Shown here: positions 12,873-26,881 of the stretch, one piece after another | Numbering within the stretch: the stretch's first letter is position 1 | How the letters are laid out: every line of letters begins with the position of its first letter | From: Takakia lepidozioides | Lineage: Eukaryota; Plantae; Bryophyta | Direction of reading: 5' to 3' | Length of the DNA stretch: 64,000 nucleotides | Assembly (NCBI GenBank): GCA_030704615.1 | Contig: CM060732.1 | Coordinates: forward strand, 6,944,001 to 7,008,000 | Made by a program: the position numbers and the translations under genes | Notes under the pieces: generated by a model | What the model saw: the letters and a program-made list of their open reading frames with translations, nothing else | Databases searched by the model: none | What the model was told of the DNA's origin: nothing

Positions 12873-13106
12873 TGCACTTCAGATGGCAGAAAAGAAACGA
12901 TGGGGATCTCCTATGCCTGAGAGGTTACCTCGATATCAGCCAAAGGAGGGTCAGACAATTCCGGGTAGTGCTCAATCATCTCCGTCAACCAGTGACAAGA
13001 CTCGGGCTCGCACAAGGAGTCCTTCACGAGACTCTCACCGTCAGCAGGTGTTCGATCACAAAGGTTTGCTAATCCTAAACAGTAAACCGTGAGGACACGG
13101 CTTTTT

Positions 13107-13255
13107 GAGAGGGGCAGGGGTAAATGTTAGAGGGCTGCTTGGGACTTTAACGCTTTTACGGGTTCTGTGGGTTACCCTTAATTTTTACACAGACTGAGGC
13201 CAACAAGAGCCTTAGGGGTAACAACAGCAGGCTTTAGGGGGGGGTTACACAGCCC
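13107..13255 (+). repeat. Polypurine tract and truncated 5' end of the LTR (TG at 13125)
   Basis: GAGAGGGGCAGGGG-TAAA-TGTTAGAGG. Same arrangement at 48711-48729. Confidence 0.8.
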
Positions 13256-13260
13256 GACGC

Positions 13261-13368
13261 AGGTACTCCGAGGACTTTTGGAAGAAAGGATTCGGGCTCG
13301 CCCGCATGGTGTTGGACGACAGAGGCTGTGTGGTTGTTCTGGTCGTAGGCTCTGTGGAAAAAAATTGA
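13261..13368 (+). pseudogene. Displaced fragment of the family A methyltransferase domain
   Basis: Translates RYSEDFWKKGFGLARMVLDDRGCVVVL, matching family B RFTEDYWEAGFGLAGMLLDDGGCVVVL. It continues the protein that breaks off at ~14170. Confidence 0.75.
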
Positions 13369-13410
13369 TTGGATATGGCTTGCTTCATATATTGATGCAC
13401 TTGCTTAGAT

Positions 13411-14165
13411 GAGCACAGGGCAAGATTGCAAATAGGGGATCTTTTCCAAGAAAAGAGCTTTTTTAGGAACCAAGGATTCACTTGCACCAAAGCCAAATAT
13501 CCAGGTTTGAGGGAAATTGGCCAGATACTAAACATTCTGTTTGCCATGAAACAGAACCAACAGTATCTTAGCAGATCTTTTACGGAAGAGGTTTTGAAAT
13601 CTTTGAAGGGAGAAGATGTAGCTTGGGCAGAGATGATGCACAGTGGTCTGGTGGAGGAGATGAAAGGATTGCAGACTACTGCTGCCAAGTCCCCAATCAT
13701 TGTGTCTGGCCCAATTATTGCACATATTATCTTTGATTCTTGCCTGCTTGATGCGCAATAACGCAAGGTAATGGGGGTGTTTGAGGCAGCCACAACTGCA
13801 GATGAAGAGCAAGGCTCTTCACAAGGTGAAGGAGGATTAGAGAGGCAACACTAGCCCAAGAGACAGAAGAGGGACGAAACCGTAATGGCGGCTCCACTTG
13901 CCACAATGAACCCTCACGATGATGTTTCCATAGCTCCTGCACAGGATGGGGTGCAGCAGCACAACGAGCTGTTACTATTGGAAGCACGGCCATTAGAGAG
14001 GGAGGAAGAAGTCACTTCAGTACCACGGCCAGCACAGCAAGCTGACCAAGTTGCCCCAGCGGTAACTCAGACTGGTCTTGCTGTTACACCGGAGCCTCTT
14101 ACTGTGGAGAGAGAGGGATTGGACATCCCTACTACAGAGCAAGTAGTGGCAGAAATTGAGAAGGG
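13411..14165 (+). pseudogene. Fragment of the extra 3' ORF from a second gypsy copy
   Basis: LQIGDLFQE..FAMKQNQQYLSRSFTEE..KSPIIVSGPIIA matches ORF 9394-10212. Confidence 0.85.
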
Positions 14166-17100
14166 CGAAGATGGCAAAGCTTGCAGTCCTTCCACAGGCT
14201 CTCCGTCCGGAATATCCAAGATGATCATATCGCAAGACCACTTAGTGGCATTTCCGCCCCTCCTACAATCCTTGTCTGCACACACCCTCTCAAAGAACGA
14301 GACCATCTTCAGAAACCCAGGGGTATCGGAAGGCTCTTTGGCAGCCGCCTTCTTCAGTGCTCTGCCCTTCAGACCCTCCATGGTCTTCATGTATGCCAAC
14401 TTGGCTGCCCGTCCATCCAAAGCCGCCAAGAAACTCTCATTTACACACTGGACTACTGTATTGGGATCCACTTTTGGCCTCTTCATTTCCACCGGCTCAA
14501 AAGGGTGCCCCCCCGGGGGGTTGAAGAGTGCCTTCTTTGCCGAGCCTATTCTTGTCCCTCTCATGACAACAGTGGGCACAGGGGATTTCGGCTGCGTTTT
14601 GGGGGGTGGGCTGGTTGCACAGTCTCCATCGGAGTCCTCTTCGTCACCCTCTTCCTGCTCTATCTGTTTCTGCTTCTTCGTTTTCTTGGGTGTCACAACT
14701 GCTGCTCCTTGCTGGTGAGTCCTCTCTTCGACCCCTTCTGTTGAGCCTGCACAACTGCATCCACCGTCTTTTGTGCCATCTCAGCTGCCTTTCTCGATTG
14801 TTCCAGAGCAGCAGCTTCCTTTGCCGACTCTGGCCCAGCAGGGACACGTCTTTCCTTTCTCTTCTCTTCTGCTTTCGCGTGCAGATCTTTCTCAGACTCG
14901 TCAACAATTCCGCCAGACATGTCCAGGTACCACGGGCATCCAACGAGATGCGCGGCATGCCATTGTTTCTGTATCTCGGGTGTGTAGAGACAGCTTGGGC
15001 CCGCCACGGTCCAAGCTATGAAGAACGGGGGCTCTTGAGCCAGGGCCCTTGTCTGAAGAAGCACGTATTTCATATACCTGCAGGGCAGTCAGCAAAAGTT
15101 GAGACCGACGTACTCGCAGAGTGCAACCGAAGAAAAAAAAATGCGAATGCGGTGCCGCAATTCCCAGACAAACCTCATAACCAGGCTTCGCATACAAGGG
15201 CAGCTGGGCTTCACCTGTAAACAATTCACATTGCAGCTTTTCCCGCTCCCTCCTGATGTGTAAATTCCACGCTCCTTCTTGCTGTCTGCAGCTCCCTGGC
15301 GAAGAGGTTGTCCTTGTACGCACATCTGAAACGTGTCACGTAGTCTTCCAATGTTTGTGTTCCATCCCATTTGACGTACAAGCTGAACAAATTTGTATGC
15401 ATTACGACTTGCTCCTTCGCATTCGTCATTACCTGCGATTCCCACATGCATTGTCACGTAGCAGTTCAGGGAATTCATTTCAGAAAAGCAAATATGGGGA
15501 AGTACCTTGAATTACCTGGAACCACCAAGTCATGCGGTTGAGCCACACATCCACTGCAGGGTCGGAAACTTCGAGTGGAAAAGACCACATTGTCCTTATA
15601 CTCTCCGATGCATTCCAGATCGACAGTCACAGTGTCTGCCATTTCTGATCCAATGTCAGGAGCAGGAAGAGGAGTGGCTATTGCTAGGAAGGAACTTCAG
15701 TGCATTGAAACCTCATCTTCTCTTTCGCCTCAACACATGCCGTTGAGAGGTGATGCAGTTTCTCCAACTGCATGGTCGGCTGCATGGCCCGAGAATAGTG
15801 TTTTGCAATCTCGGGGATGAAGTCCTTTCCAAGTGCCGGATCTGCAATGGCCACCAGCTTCACAAGCTTTGACTTGTATTTTGTTCTGGACTTGACCCCG
15901 GCTTCCTTCAAGTGCTCAGTCAATGACTGCAACGTTTTGACCTGCCCCTCACTTTCCATGAAGAAGCGTTTGGCATGGGCCAAATCCAGCTTGATGTTTG
16001 ACTGCCAACAAAAACATGCAGAAGCGTTACATTCGAATCATGTGGAAAGATTACTGAAAATTGGGGAAGGATGAGTAGAGGGAAATGGGAGGACGACTTA
16101 CTTCGTATATCACCTCCACCATTTCATCCATAGTGAGACGATACCATGTCCGGTCAGTTTTTGCCATGGCTTTCTGAATGAGCTCGGGCTCTAGCATTTC
16201 CGCAAACATGTGCGGATCAGTGAGACCAGTTTTCCTCACCCTGTACAACATATGTGCCATGTGGGTAGGCACGTACGCATTTTCAGTGACCCTGCAAGGC
16301 ACACTCTCCAATTCAGTCCACGGAAGCACGGAAACAAAACAGATTGGAAACCGAAATGCGGCACCGCATTTCGAACGTGCTTGGGAGGGTATGAGTATCT
16401 TACGAGTTGAGGTCCGCCATGGCATTCTTGAGCAGGGAGGAGTCTGCCGCCTTCACCTTGAGGATGACACACTCCACCATGTAATGCCAGCCAATGTGCT
16501 TGGCATGGTTCTGCTTGATGTACTCCCACTAGGCAAGAAGTCGGTGATTCCTGTCCCACACAAAGAACATTTTACCCGACATATGGCCGAAGTCTGGTCA
16601 CCCTTCAGCGTTGCCTCGAATTTGTCGTTGCGAGTGTGCCAGTGGGTATCCCATGTTGACAATTCATCCGCAGTGGGTCCACGAGTTTTGCTGTCCTCAT
16701 TCTCAATGGAAACGTAGAAGGCTGGCGAACCTAGACGATACCCTTCTCGAAATGCGAACTTGAGCTTATCCACATCTCCGGGAAGTGCCTGCCTGACGAT
16801 GGGAAGGGAGACCATGCGACAAAGTGGGATTCGAAGAGTCCGCTGGAATACCCTGCTGCCCAGAACTCTGCCAATGCTACTGTGTGTCTCCTCCAACATT
16901 GTATCCGCTGCACTTTGGAATTCCTCTGGAGACATTTCTGCAGGTGGCGGTAGGGGTTGAGTAGCTGGAGCATCCCCAACTGGAGCTGCACTCTGGGGAA
17001 TCTTTGCGGGCAATTCTGCCATTGCAGAGGCCTCCTCCGGGCCTGCAGTATTATGAAGATCTTCCTCAACGGTGGTCAGGTCTTGCTGCGAACGTTGAGC

Positions 17101-18010
17101 GGCAGCACCCTCCTCCGGTAACAGATTGACGAAATTGGTCCATCCCATTGCCTTCGCTGCAGCAGAGACGACCCCAACATCACCATGCTGGAAATCAAGC
17201 AGGAACTGGGCTTCAGCTCGTGGAATCGGTTTTGCGGGAGACTGCTCCGCCCTCCCTCTGATTGCCTTGTGCTTCCTCATTCTTGCAGGTGAAGGTGTCT
17301 ACTGCAATGAATCTGCCCTGTACCCTTCTGCTTCATTCGCGTGGGTGGGGGGGAAACGGCCTGGTCCGGTTCAGAAACCAGTTGAAGGACGAGTTGCTTC
17401 TTCTTCGTTTTTGCTGGAGAAGGGCCCGACCCCTGTTGGCAACTCTCCATGACCTTCGAACGTGAGTCGCTCTCTGTGGCTTTGAAGTGCAAAGACTTGC
17501 CCTTCAAAGCCGCGTCCTTGAAATGCACAGGGCTAGGCCCGGCAGGAAGACCCGTGCTCGTGGATTGGCTAGGTGTGCGTGCTGCAGCTAGCTCCACGGA
17601 CTCTTCCTGCGGCTCTTCGGATTCCTGCGATCCCTCTAGCACGTTCACCTGGCATGCAAACATCTTCTGTATTCAAGTCTCCTAGCATACAGTCTAAGAA
17701 TTGCAAAAGAAAAATGAGGGGGGTTTCGGTGCTTGATCAGCTGCGCGCATCCCGATAGCACGGAGCTCTCACTGGTGGCTGGGTTGCCTGCGTGGCCTGC
17801 TGCTGCGAGATGGCAATCTCCTCCTGTAGACGCATGTGCTACCTCCCCTTCGGCATTGGCCTACGTCCAAAGTACAATTTTTGGAGCTTGCGTAGATGTC
17901 TCTTCTTTAGTGCACGAACTCCCTCCCTCTCAGGTTTGAGCATAAGAAGAACATAGACAGGGAAAAGGGGCGAAGAGTGCAGATGGAAAGGGCGCAAGAG
18001 GGGTGATTGA
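14166..18010 (-). pseudogene. Multi-exon gene: ParB/Srx-like domain, helical region, start of a DNA amino-methyltransferase domain (family A)
   Basis: LRIPLCRMVSLPIVRQALPGDVDKLKFAFREGY...FFVWDRNHRLLA, then SCDMIILDIPDG. A GT-AG intron at ~16292-16402 is in the same position as in family B (41388-41506). Contains frameshifts and stops. Confidence 0.75.
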
Positions 18011-18289
18011 GTAGACACGACAAAAGAAGATGAAACGGCGGTGATGCACCACTTGGGTTCGAAAGGCTTGGACGAAAGTGTCTCCTCGTGGACTATGCGT
18101 CATTACAAAATTCGAATCGTCAAGGGTACGCCTGCCGTCCGAAAAACAAACATCATTAACCAACGGCCAGGCCGTGCCGCCTCCTGCCACTTCAGTCAAA
18201 TAGAGTGCCGACATGTGCCGCAATTCCGTTGGTCCACGTGTTCACATATCATGGCATTTCCGTCCTAGCGACTGATGAGTTAGAATGAA

Positions 18290-19570
18290 AACGCATATGC
18301 GGCGCCTCATTTCCGTTAAGTACCATCCCGAAGCTACACATACCATGCTTGTTGGACGGAAATGCGGCACCGCATTTCCGTTCCACCTTCACATACCTTA
18401 GTTGTTGAACGGAAATGCAGTGCCGCATTTCCGTTCTGGAGAGTATGAAGGTCTCCCCCAGATGGAAATGCGGTGCCATATTTCCGTCCCACAACTCCAT
18501 GCCTCAGATACAAAACGGAAATGCGGCGCCGCATTTCTATTCTGGAATGTCGGAAGGTGCGACTCGGATGGAAATGCGGTGCCGCATTTCCGTCCCACAG
18601 CTCCATGCCTCAGATACAAAACGGAAATGCGGCGCCACATTTCCGTTCTGGAATGTCGGAAGGTGCGACTCGGACGGAAATGCGGTGCCACATTTCAGTT
18701 CCGGTGGTTCACGATTTTCGCTGTGGGATGGAAATGCGGTACCGTATTTCCGTTCTGGAGAGTATGAAGGTCTCCCCCAGACGGAAATGCCACCTTCACA
18801 TACCTTAGTTGTTGAACGGAAATGCGGTGCCGAATTTCCGTTCTGGAGAGTATGAAGGTCTCACCCGGACGGAAATGCGGTGCCGCATTTCCGTCCCACA
18901 GCTCCATGCCTGAGATACAAAACGGAAATGCGGCGCCGCATTTCCGTTGTGGAATGTCGGAAGGTGCGACTCGGAAGGAAATGTTGTGCCGCATTTCAGT
19001 TCCAGTGGTTCATGATTTTCAATCAGAACGGAAAAGCGGTACCGCATTTCCGTTCCACTGTCACATACCGTACTTGTTGGACGGAAATGCGGCACCGCAT
19101 TTCCGTTCTGGAGAGTATAAAGGTTTCCCCCGGACGGAAATGCGGTGCCGCATTTCCGTCGCAGTGGTGCATGGGTAAGATGCAAAACGGAAATGCGGCG
19201 CCGTATTTCCGTCCAACAGCAATCGAGGGTAGGCAGGAACGGAAATGCGGAACCTCATTTCCGTCCACTGGATTCCATTGAAAGAGACCGGACGGAAATT
19301 CGGCACCGCATTTCTGTTCCTTCCTATCCAAAGTGTCCTAGTCGATGAAAATGCGCTGTCGCAATTATTTTCTACCGTGTGTTCCTAGTCCCGTTGGACC
19401 TAAATGCGATACCGCATTTCCGTTCCACCATGGGCTTGCTTTTACAGTAGACTGAAATGTGGTACTGCATTTCCGTTGCACCAGTATTTTGGTTTTCCTG
19501 TTGCATTTCCGATCACAATCAACGAGAGGATGTTGTCAAACTGAGATGCGGGACCGCATTCCCATTCAGC
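18290..19570. repeat. 53-bp-period palindrome array (family A)
   Basis: Same core and spacer types as 1170-2740, in a different unit order. Confidence 0.95.
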
Positions 19571-19957
19571 CATGTGCAATGGGTTGCATTGTTCAGAAAC
19601 AACGCAATTGCGGCCTGTCTTAATGAGCACAACTTGGTTGTCTAACCGTTTTAACTAATAGTCCTGGCACTTGTCAGTGTGAACGTTCATGTCTGCACCG
19701 CGAATACTGGTTGATCCACCCTCAGGAGAAACTGTCAGGAGATGTTATTTCGTCGCCGAATCGGCCATCATTGTCATACTTACTGGATATGGAATCACAC
19801 CTCCCACCTTCATGCATGTAGCTTGAAACAATACTTTCCACTTCAATGTGCGACTTCCAATCGTCGATGGACTCCGTAGATCCACTTAGATGGTGCTTGT
19901 GAGCCTTGGTCTGTCGCTATACTGAACCTCGCACTTGCCAACTTCGTGCGGTGTTCG

Positions 19958-22912
19958 ATGGCTCCGAATTCCTACGCTATAGTTTGCTGTCCTCCGCAAC
20001 TTGGGAGAGCCTGGATCCCAAACGAGGGAGGACTTTGCAGAGTGACTGAAACTTACCTTTGTTCCAAATTCAAGCTCAAACCGGGCACAGTTTATTTGGA
20101 AGAAGAAAGGAAGGCTATTCCTGGACAGGTTGACGAGACCATTGTCGTGCTAGGTAACGACGGAGGTTGCGGAATCGAATGGCACGTACCCCATCAGACA
20201 CCATCCTGTACCGAGCTGTGGAATGCCCATTCCCTTTCCGAATCAGTCGCTGCCCACACCTCCACAAAGGAGTCGGGAAACCGACAGGCGGCCACTGCCA
20301 ACAGAGAGTATGCAACAATAATCATTCCCGACCTGGACCGTCATGACCCTCCATAGCTTCTCGTGTGGACGTATTCGACATTTCCGACGAGGAAGATGAG
20401 TGCATTGAGGTCCCCATGTCCTCCACACGGTCGTTCAAATCCGACATGGACGTCTCTGCAAGTGCTACGCATGTACCCTCGAGCATAACTCCAACCGGTC
20501 CATTGTGCAGCTCCTACGGCAACATCACCTCGATGGTTCTCGCTCCGAGCTGGCTGCTCTCGACTATGCCAAATTTCCAGTCAGGAGAAGGTAACGTATC
20601 TGCCTCCCAAAGTCGATGGCAATGTCATCTTTGAGTTTCCACCTGTACTTCGTCCAACAAAGCCTCAGGGATGTTAACAGACATGGATCAAAAGCATGAC
20701 GGACACCCCTGGGTGTGTGACAAAGACCAGTAGCACAAAAATTGCTGAATGGTGTTCGGGTACGATACGTCCTCGGTGTAGGGAGCTGAGGTGCCCTCAA
20801 ATCCCGCATGCTTAACTTTCTCTCCAAAGGAGGCGGAGAAAGAAACGAGACGGATTGGACTGGCACAACCCATCATCCATTCATTGTCTCCAGCCAAGCT
20901 CCTGCGGGTACTTGCAATGGCGCACATTGCAAGAAACAACCGACGTGCATGTCCATGTGCAGAGCCAAGCAATATTACGTAATCCATTGCTCCTGGACTT
21001 GACTAGAGCTTGCATACCCCCCCACACGTTGGGTCCACTGACACCCCCTTGGCGAGAGGAAACATGCATGAGGCTATGCAGGAAGCACATGAATCATAAA
21101 AGAGGAGTGTGAAATGAGCCCCGAGCCAGACCAAAGCAAATCAGATGAAGGCAGCCCACAAGATTGCTCTTGGCAAAATCATGTCTGAAGATGGTTTAGG
21201 ACGAAAGTGGCCTTGAACGAAGAGGAGATGTTTGACCTGTTGGAGTCCGTCTCGCATGTTGTAGTCCTGAATGTGCGGAATCACATCGTATCTTGCAAGC
21301 AGGAGTTCGGCCGGGGGTCGGAACATGCACTCAATCTTGGAGGGAGGTGAAACGAATGAAGGATATGGACTACATCCAGGTAGCAGGGTTCCAGGGCAAG
21401 GGCAGCGAATCCGATCGTTGTTACATTTTCAAATGTCGACTGTGGGCCTGGGAGTGGAGTCGACTTGGTCATCGCATGCCAACTGAAACTTGTCGAAGCT
21501 GGGTGATGTTTGACACATCAAGTGAATTACAAACCATCTGTGGGTGACTAGGGGGCGCATGTTTATGACTATCACTCCAAGAGGTCATGACGATGCAATC
21601 TGCGAGATGAAAGGGAGAGGAACACAGTCGGAGATGCATCTGTGGGAGGGCATAAACGAGCAGATGGCAAGGGCGGGATTGGCAGAGCCCCAAGTCAAGG
21701 GGATTCATGGCAGACAACGCTCAGGCCAACTTGGGCAGCGATGCGGCGTGTGTACGGTGAGGACCCAAGGTTCCAATGGAGGGGAAAGAGAGATCCTTTG
21801 GATTCCATTGATGCAGAGTCTATCTCATTACACTACCAAATTTGTTGCTAGCTCATTCCAGGCTGAACATCGTGTCTTTTGTACAGCGTGGAAGGATGCA
21901 CCCACATTTGATGACGGGGGGTTAAGTTTGCTATCATCGAGGCTTGTGGAAACGTTGGTGTCCAGTGGAGACAACCAATTTGGGAGCTGGCACAGTGGTT
22001 TGGGTGGTGGCATTTCGATATATTGACAGTTCGGACAGTACATGCGGGAGGTATGATGCCCGATTTTTCGTGCAATTGTCATTCTATACGGACCTTTGCA
22101 TTGGTCCCTCACCATTGTTTCGTCCTGTAGGAGCGGTGCTTGGATTCAACACGGAACATGCGAACACGAATATGGCAGAATCAGTCCACTCCTCCTGGCG
22201 AGCGTCTTCTGCCGCACATTTGGTGGATGTGGTGACGGCCACAACGGAGGACATTGACAGAGTAATCATGCGGCAAGCCACGTACTACAAGTCCTAGAAG
22301 CCAGAAAACAATGGGCTTTGGGCCAGACAGGGGAGGAATTGTTGGTACGAACAGCTTCGAGGTCAGGAAGAATCCATGAACTAAAGGGCGACATGCATGA
22401 GGGGATAAGATCAAAGGGACGCCTCTGGCACCGCAGAGGTGAACACCTAGAGGGGGACGTCCGTACTCGCCTTGTGAGGCGGAGGATCGAAGAGGAACCC
22501 GCGGGGGTGCAAAGAGGATTCCTGGCGATCCAACAGGAACATCGGACAGCACTCGAGGTCCCGTCATATTGCCGCACAATGTGTCTTCCAGCAGTGGAAT
22601 GGAAGCCCAAGAAATTCCAGATCGCCATCGCCTTCAAGCGGGGATTCCGTGCGGCGCAATTCCAACGTCTGTGTGCCCCCGATTCCACCCGCTGTTATGC
22701 AGTATGCAAGCCATTGTGGAGACGGGTGACTGCGTCTGGTCACAGTGGAGAATTGGCTCGCACAAAGCCGTCGGTTTGAGGCAGGTGTTCAGATTCGAGT
22801 GAGTACATGGCAACGTTATTTAGAGATGAATAGGAGGAATCAGCTGGGGGTCTGTCCCTGCTACTACTTTTACAGGAAGATTGTATGATTGCAAAGTTGG
22901 GAGGCGGAAAGG
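19958..22912 (+). pseudogene. MULE transposase, heavily frameshifted, runs into the gap
   Basis: Colinear with 26882-29810. Many single-base indels. Confidence 0.85.
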
Positions 22913-23412
22913 NNNNNNNNNNNNNNNNNNNNNNNNNNNNNNNNNNNNNNNNNNNNNNNNNNNNNNNNNNNNNNNNNNNNNNNNNNNNNNNNNNNNNNNN
23001 NNNNNNNNNNNNNNNNNNNNNNNNNNNNNNNNNNNNNNNNNNNNNNNNNNNNNNNNNNNNNNNNNNNNNNNNNNNNNNNNNNNNNNNNNNNNNNNNNNNN
23101 NNNNNNNNNNNNNNNNNNNNNNNNNNNNNNNNNNNNNNNNNNNNNNNNNNNNNNNNNNNNNNNNNNNNNNNNNNNNNNNNNNNNNNNNNNNNNNNNNNNN
23201 NNNNNNNNNNNNNNNNNNNNNNNNNNNNNNNNNNNNNNNNNNNNNNNNNNNNNNNNNNNNNNNNNNNNNNNNNNNNNNNNNNNNNNNNNNNNNNNNNNNN
23301 NNNNNNNNNNNNNNNNNNNNNNNNNNNNNNNNNNNNNNNNNNNNNNNNNNNNNNNNNNNNNNNNNNNNNNNNNNNNNNNNNNNNNNNNNNNNNNNNNNNN
23401 NNNNNNNNNNNN
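22913..23412. other. Assembly gap (500 N)
   Basis: Run of N. Confidence 1.
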
Positions 23413-24484
23413 ACTTTTGAAATCTCCGGAGACATGCTGTAGGTGCCGGTAGTGGTGAGCAAGCTGGAGATCCTCATCTGGAGCTGCACTCTGGGGCCTG
23501 TCTGCGGGCAATTCTGCCATTGCAGAGGCCTCCTCCGGGCCTGCTTGCTCATCGGTGGTGGAGGTCTTGCTGCGAACGTTGAGCGGCAGCACCCTCCTCC
23601 GGAACCAAATCGAGATCAACGTCGATCCCAGTGCCTTCGCTGTGCAGAGTCGGCCCCAACATCTGCAGGCGGGAAATCCTCCAGGAACTGAGCTTTAGCT
23701 CGTGGAAGTGGTTTTGCAGGGATTGTTCGCCCGTCGCCTGATTGCCTCTCTGCTTCCTCATCCTTGCAGGTGAAGGTGTCTGCGCAATTGAATCTGTCTT
23801 CTACCCTGCGCTCATTCGCGTTGGGGGGGGGTGAATCGGCCTGAGCCGGTTCAGAAGCCAGTAGAGGGACGGGTGCTTCTTCTTCGACTTTGCTGGAGAA
23901 GGGCCCGACCCCTGCTGGCGATTCTCCCATGACCGAAGAACGCAAGTCGATCTCTGGGGCTTTGAACTTGCCCTTCGAAGACGCGTCTTTGAATCGCACA
24001 GGCTAGGCCCGGCAGGAATACCCGCGCTCGGGGATCGGTGGGTGTACGTGCTGCAGCTAGCTCCTCGGACTCTTCTGCGGCTCTTCGGTCCTGCGATCCC
24101 TCCAGCACGTCCACCTTTCCTGTTAGGCATGCAAACATCTGCATTCAAGTCTCCTAGCATTCAGTCTAAGAATTACAGAAGCAAAATGGGGGGTTCGGTG
24201 CTCGATCAGCTACGCGCAGCCCGATCGCATGGAGCTCTCACTGGTGGCTGGGGTTGCCTGAGTGCCTGCTGCTCGGAGATGGCAATCTCCTCCTGTAGAC
24301 GCATCTGCTCCTCCCCTTCGGCATTGCCTACGTCCGAAGTATAATTTCCGGAGCTTGCGACGAGGTCTCCTGTCTGGTGCACGAACTCCCCCCCTCTCAG
24401 GTTCGAGCATAAGAAGAACAGAGAGAGGGAAAAGGGGCAAGAGTGCAGATGGAAAGGGCGCGAGAGGGGTGACTGAGGAGACAC
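23413..24484 (-). pseudogene. 5' exons of the family A ParB-MTase gene
   Basis: Homologous to 1-895 and to ~16915-18010. Confidence 0.65.
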
Positions 24485-24754
24485 GACAAAGTAGATGAAC
24501 GGCGGTGATGCACCACTTGGGTTCGAAAGGGTTGGACGAAAGTGTCTCCTCGTGGGTTTGCGTCATTATGAATTCGAATCGTTCAGGGTACGCCTGCCGT
24601 CCGAAAAACAAACATCATTATCCAACGGTCAGGCCGCGCCGCCTCATGCCCCTTCAGTCAGATAGAGTGCCGACATGTGCAGCAATTCCGTTGCTCCACG
24701 TGTTCACATTTCAAGGCATTTCGTCCCAGCGTCTGATGAGTTGGAGCGAAAATG

Positions 24755-26500
24755 CGAATGCGGCGCCGCATTTCCGTTAAGTACCATCACGAAGTTACAC
24801 ATCCGTACTTGTTGGAAGAAAATGCGGCACCGCATTTCCGTTCCACCTTCAATACCTTAGTTGTTGAACGGAAATACGGTGCCGCATTTCCGTCCCACAG
24901 CTCCATGTATGATTCAAAAGGGAAATGCGGCGCCGCATTTCCGTTCTGGAATGTCGAAAGGTGCGATTCGGACGGGAATGAGGCACAACATTTCAGTTCC
25001 CGTGGTTCATGATTTTCAATGTGAACGGAAGTGCGGTACCACATTTCCGTTCCCCCTTCACATACGTTAGTTGATGAATGGAAATGCCATGCCACATTTC
25101 CGTTCGGGAAAGTATAGAGGTCTCACCTGGACAAAAATGCGCTGCCGCATTTCCGGTCTCGAAATTTTGAAGGTCTCACATGGATGGAAATGCGGCAACA
25201 CATTTCCGTAGCACAGCTCCAGGCCCCATATAGAAAACGGAAATGCGGCGCCGCATTTCCGTTCTAGAATGTCGGAAGGTGCGACTCAGACGGAAATGCG
25301 GTGCCGCATTTCTGTTCCCGTTGCGCACGATTTTCAGTCAGAACGGAAATGCGGTACCGCATTTCCGTTCTGTAGAGTATTAACGTCTGACGCTGCGGAA
25401 ATGCTGTGCCGCATTTTCGTTCCACAGCTCCATGCCTCACATACAAAACAGAAATGCGGCGCCGCATTTCCGTTTTGGAATGTCAGAAGGTGCGACTCCG
25501 ACGGAAATGCGGTACCGCATTTCAGTTCCGATGTTTCAGGATATTTCATCAGAACGGAAATGCGGTGCCGCATTTCCCTTTTGAATCTAATACATTCCGT
25601 TCTGGAATGTTGGGAGGTGCGACTCGGATGGAAATGCGTTGGCGCATTTCAGTTCCGATGGTTCACGATTTTCAGTCAGAACGGAAATGCGGTACCGCAT
25701 TTCCGTTCTGGAATGTTTGGTAGGTGCGACTCGGATGGAAATACGCTGCCGCATTTCAGTTCAGATGGTTCACGACTTTCAGTCAGAACGGAAATGCGGT
25801 ACCGCATTTCCGTTCTGGATAGTATGAATGTCTCAAGCGGTCGGAATTGCGCTGTATGAAGCTGTCGGAATCGCACTCGGCTCCATGCATCAGATACAAA
25901 ATCGAAATGCGACGCCGCATTTCCGTTCTGGAATGTCGGAAAGTGCGACTCCGACAGAAATGCGGTGCCGCATTTATGTTCCCGTTGTTCATAATTCTCA
26001 ATCAGAACGGAAATGCGGTACCGCATTTCCGTTCCACCTTCACATACCGTACTTGGTGGATGGAAATGCGGTACCGCATTTCCGTTATGGAGAGTATGAA
26101 TGTCTTTTAAGGACGGAAATGTGCTGGCAGCATTTCTATCCCTCAGCTCCATGCATCAGATACAAAATGGAAATGCGGCGCCGCATTTCCGTTCTGGAAT
26201 GTCGGAAAAGTGCGACTCGGACGGAAATGCGGTGCCTCATTTCTGTTCCCGTTGTTCATAATTCTCAATCAGAACGGAAATGCGGTACCGCATTTCCGTT
26301 CCACCTTCACATACCGTGCTTGCTGGATGGAAATGCGTTACCGCATTTCCGTTCTGGAGAGTATAAAGGTTTCTTCCGGACGGAAACTCGGTGCCGCATT
26401 TCCGTCGCTCTGGTGCATGACCAAGAAGCAAAACGGAAATGCGGCTCCGTATTTCCGTCCACCAGCAATCGAAAGAATCACTCGGGACGGGAAATCTGGA
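24755..26500. repeat. 53-bp-period palindrome array (family A)
   Basis: Same core motif. Nearly colinear with 1170-2740 apart from unit gains and losses. Confidence 0.95.
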
Positions 26501-26881
26501 ACCTGAATGGGTTGCATTGTTCCGAAACAACATTGCGGCCAGTCTTGATGAGCACAACTTGGTTGTCTGACCGTTTAACCAACAGTCCTGGCACTTGTCA
26601 GTGCAAACGTTCCTGTCTGCACCGAGAATACTGCTGGATCCACCCTCAGGAGAAACTGTCAGGAGATGTTATTTCGTCGCCGAATCGGCCATCATTGTCA
26701 TACTTACTGGCTATGGAATCAAACCTCCCACCTTCATGCATGTAGCTTGAAACAATACTTTCCACTTCAATGTGCGACTTCCAATCGTCGATGGACTCCG
26801 CAGATCCACTTAGATGGTGCCTGTGAGCCTGGGACTGTCGCTATACTGAACCTCGCACTTGCCAAGTCTGTGCGGTGTTCG

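Larger units (their letters stand above)
7310..13255 (+). mobile_element. Ty3/gypsy LTR retrotransposon, 3' half (integrase, extra 3' ORF, PPT, start of the 3' LTR)
   Basis: The integrase is the last pol domain and has a GPY motif. Polypurine tract at 13107-13120 followed by TGTTAGAGG at 13125. Confidence 0.9.
14166..22912. mobile_element. MULE family A, copy 2 (both ends missing)
   Basis: Divergent ParB-MTase gene and transposase flanking a palindrome array. Confidence 0.85.

Noticed and set aside
22740-23619. ORFs containing long X runs
   Set aside because: Artifacts of the 500-N gap.
19958-24700. Dense frameshifts as a biological signal
   Set aside because: Indel density rises toward the gap on both sides, which is typical of low-quality contig ends. 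Some frameshifts elsewhere may also be sequencing errors.
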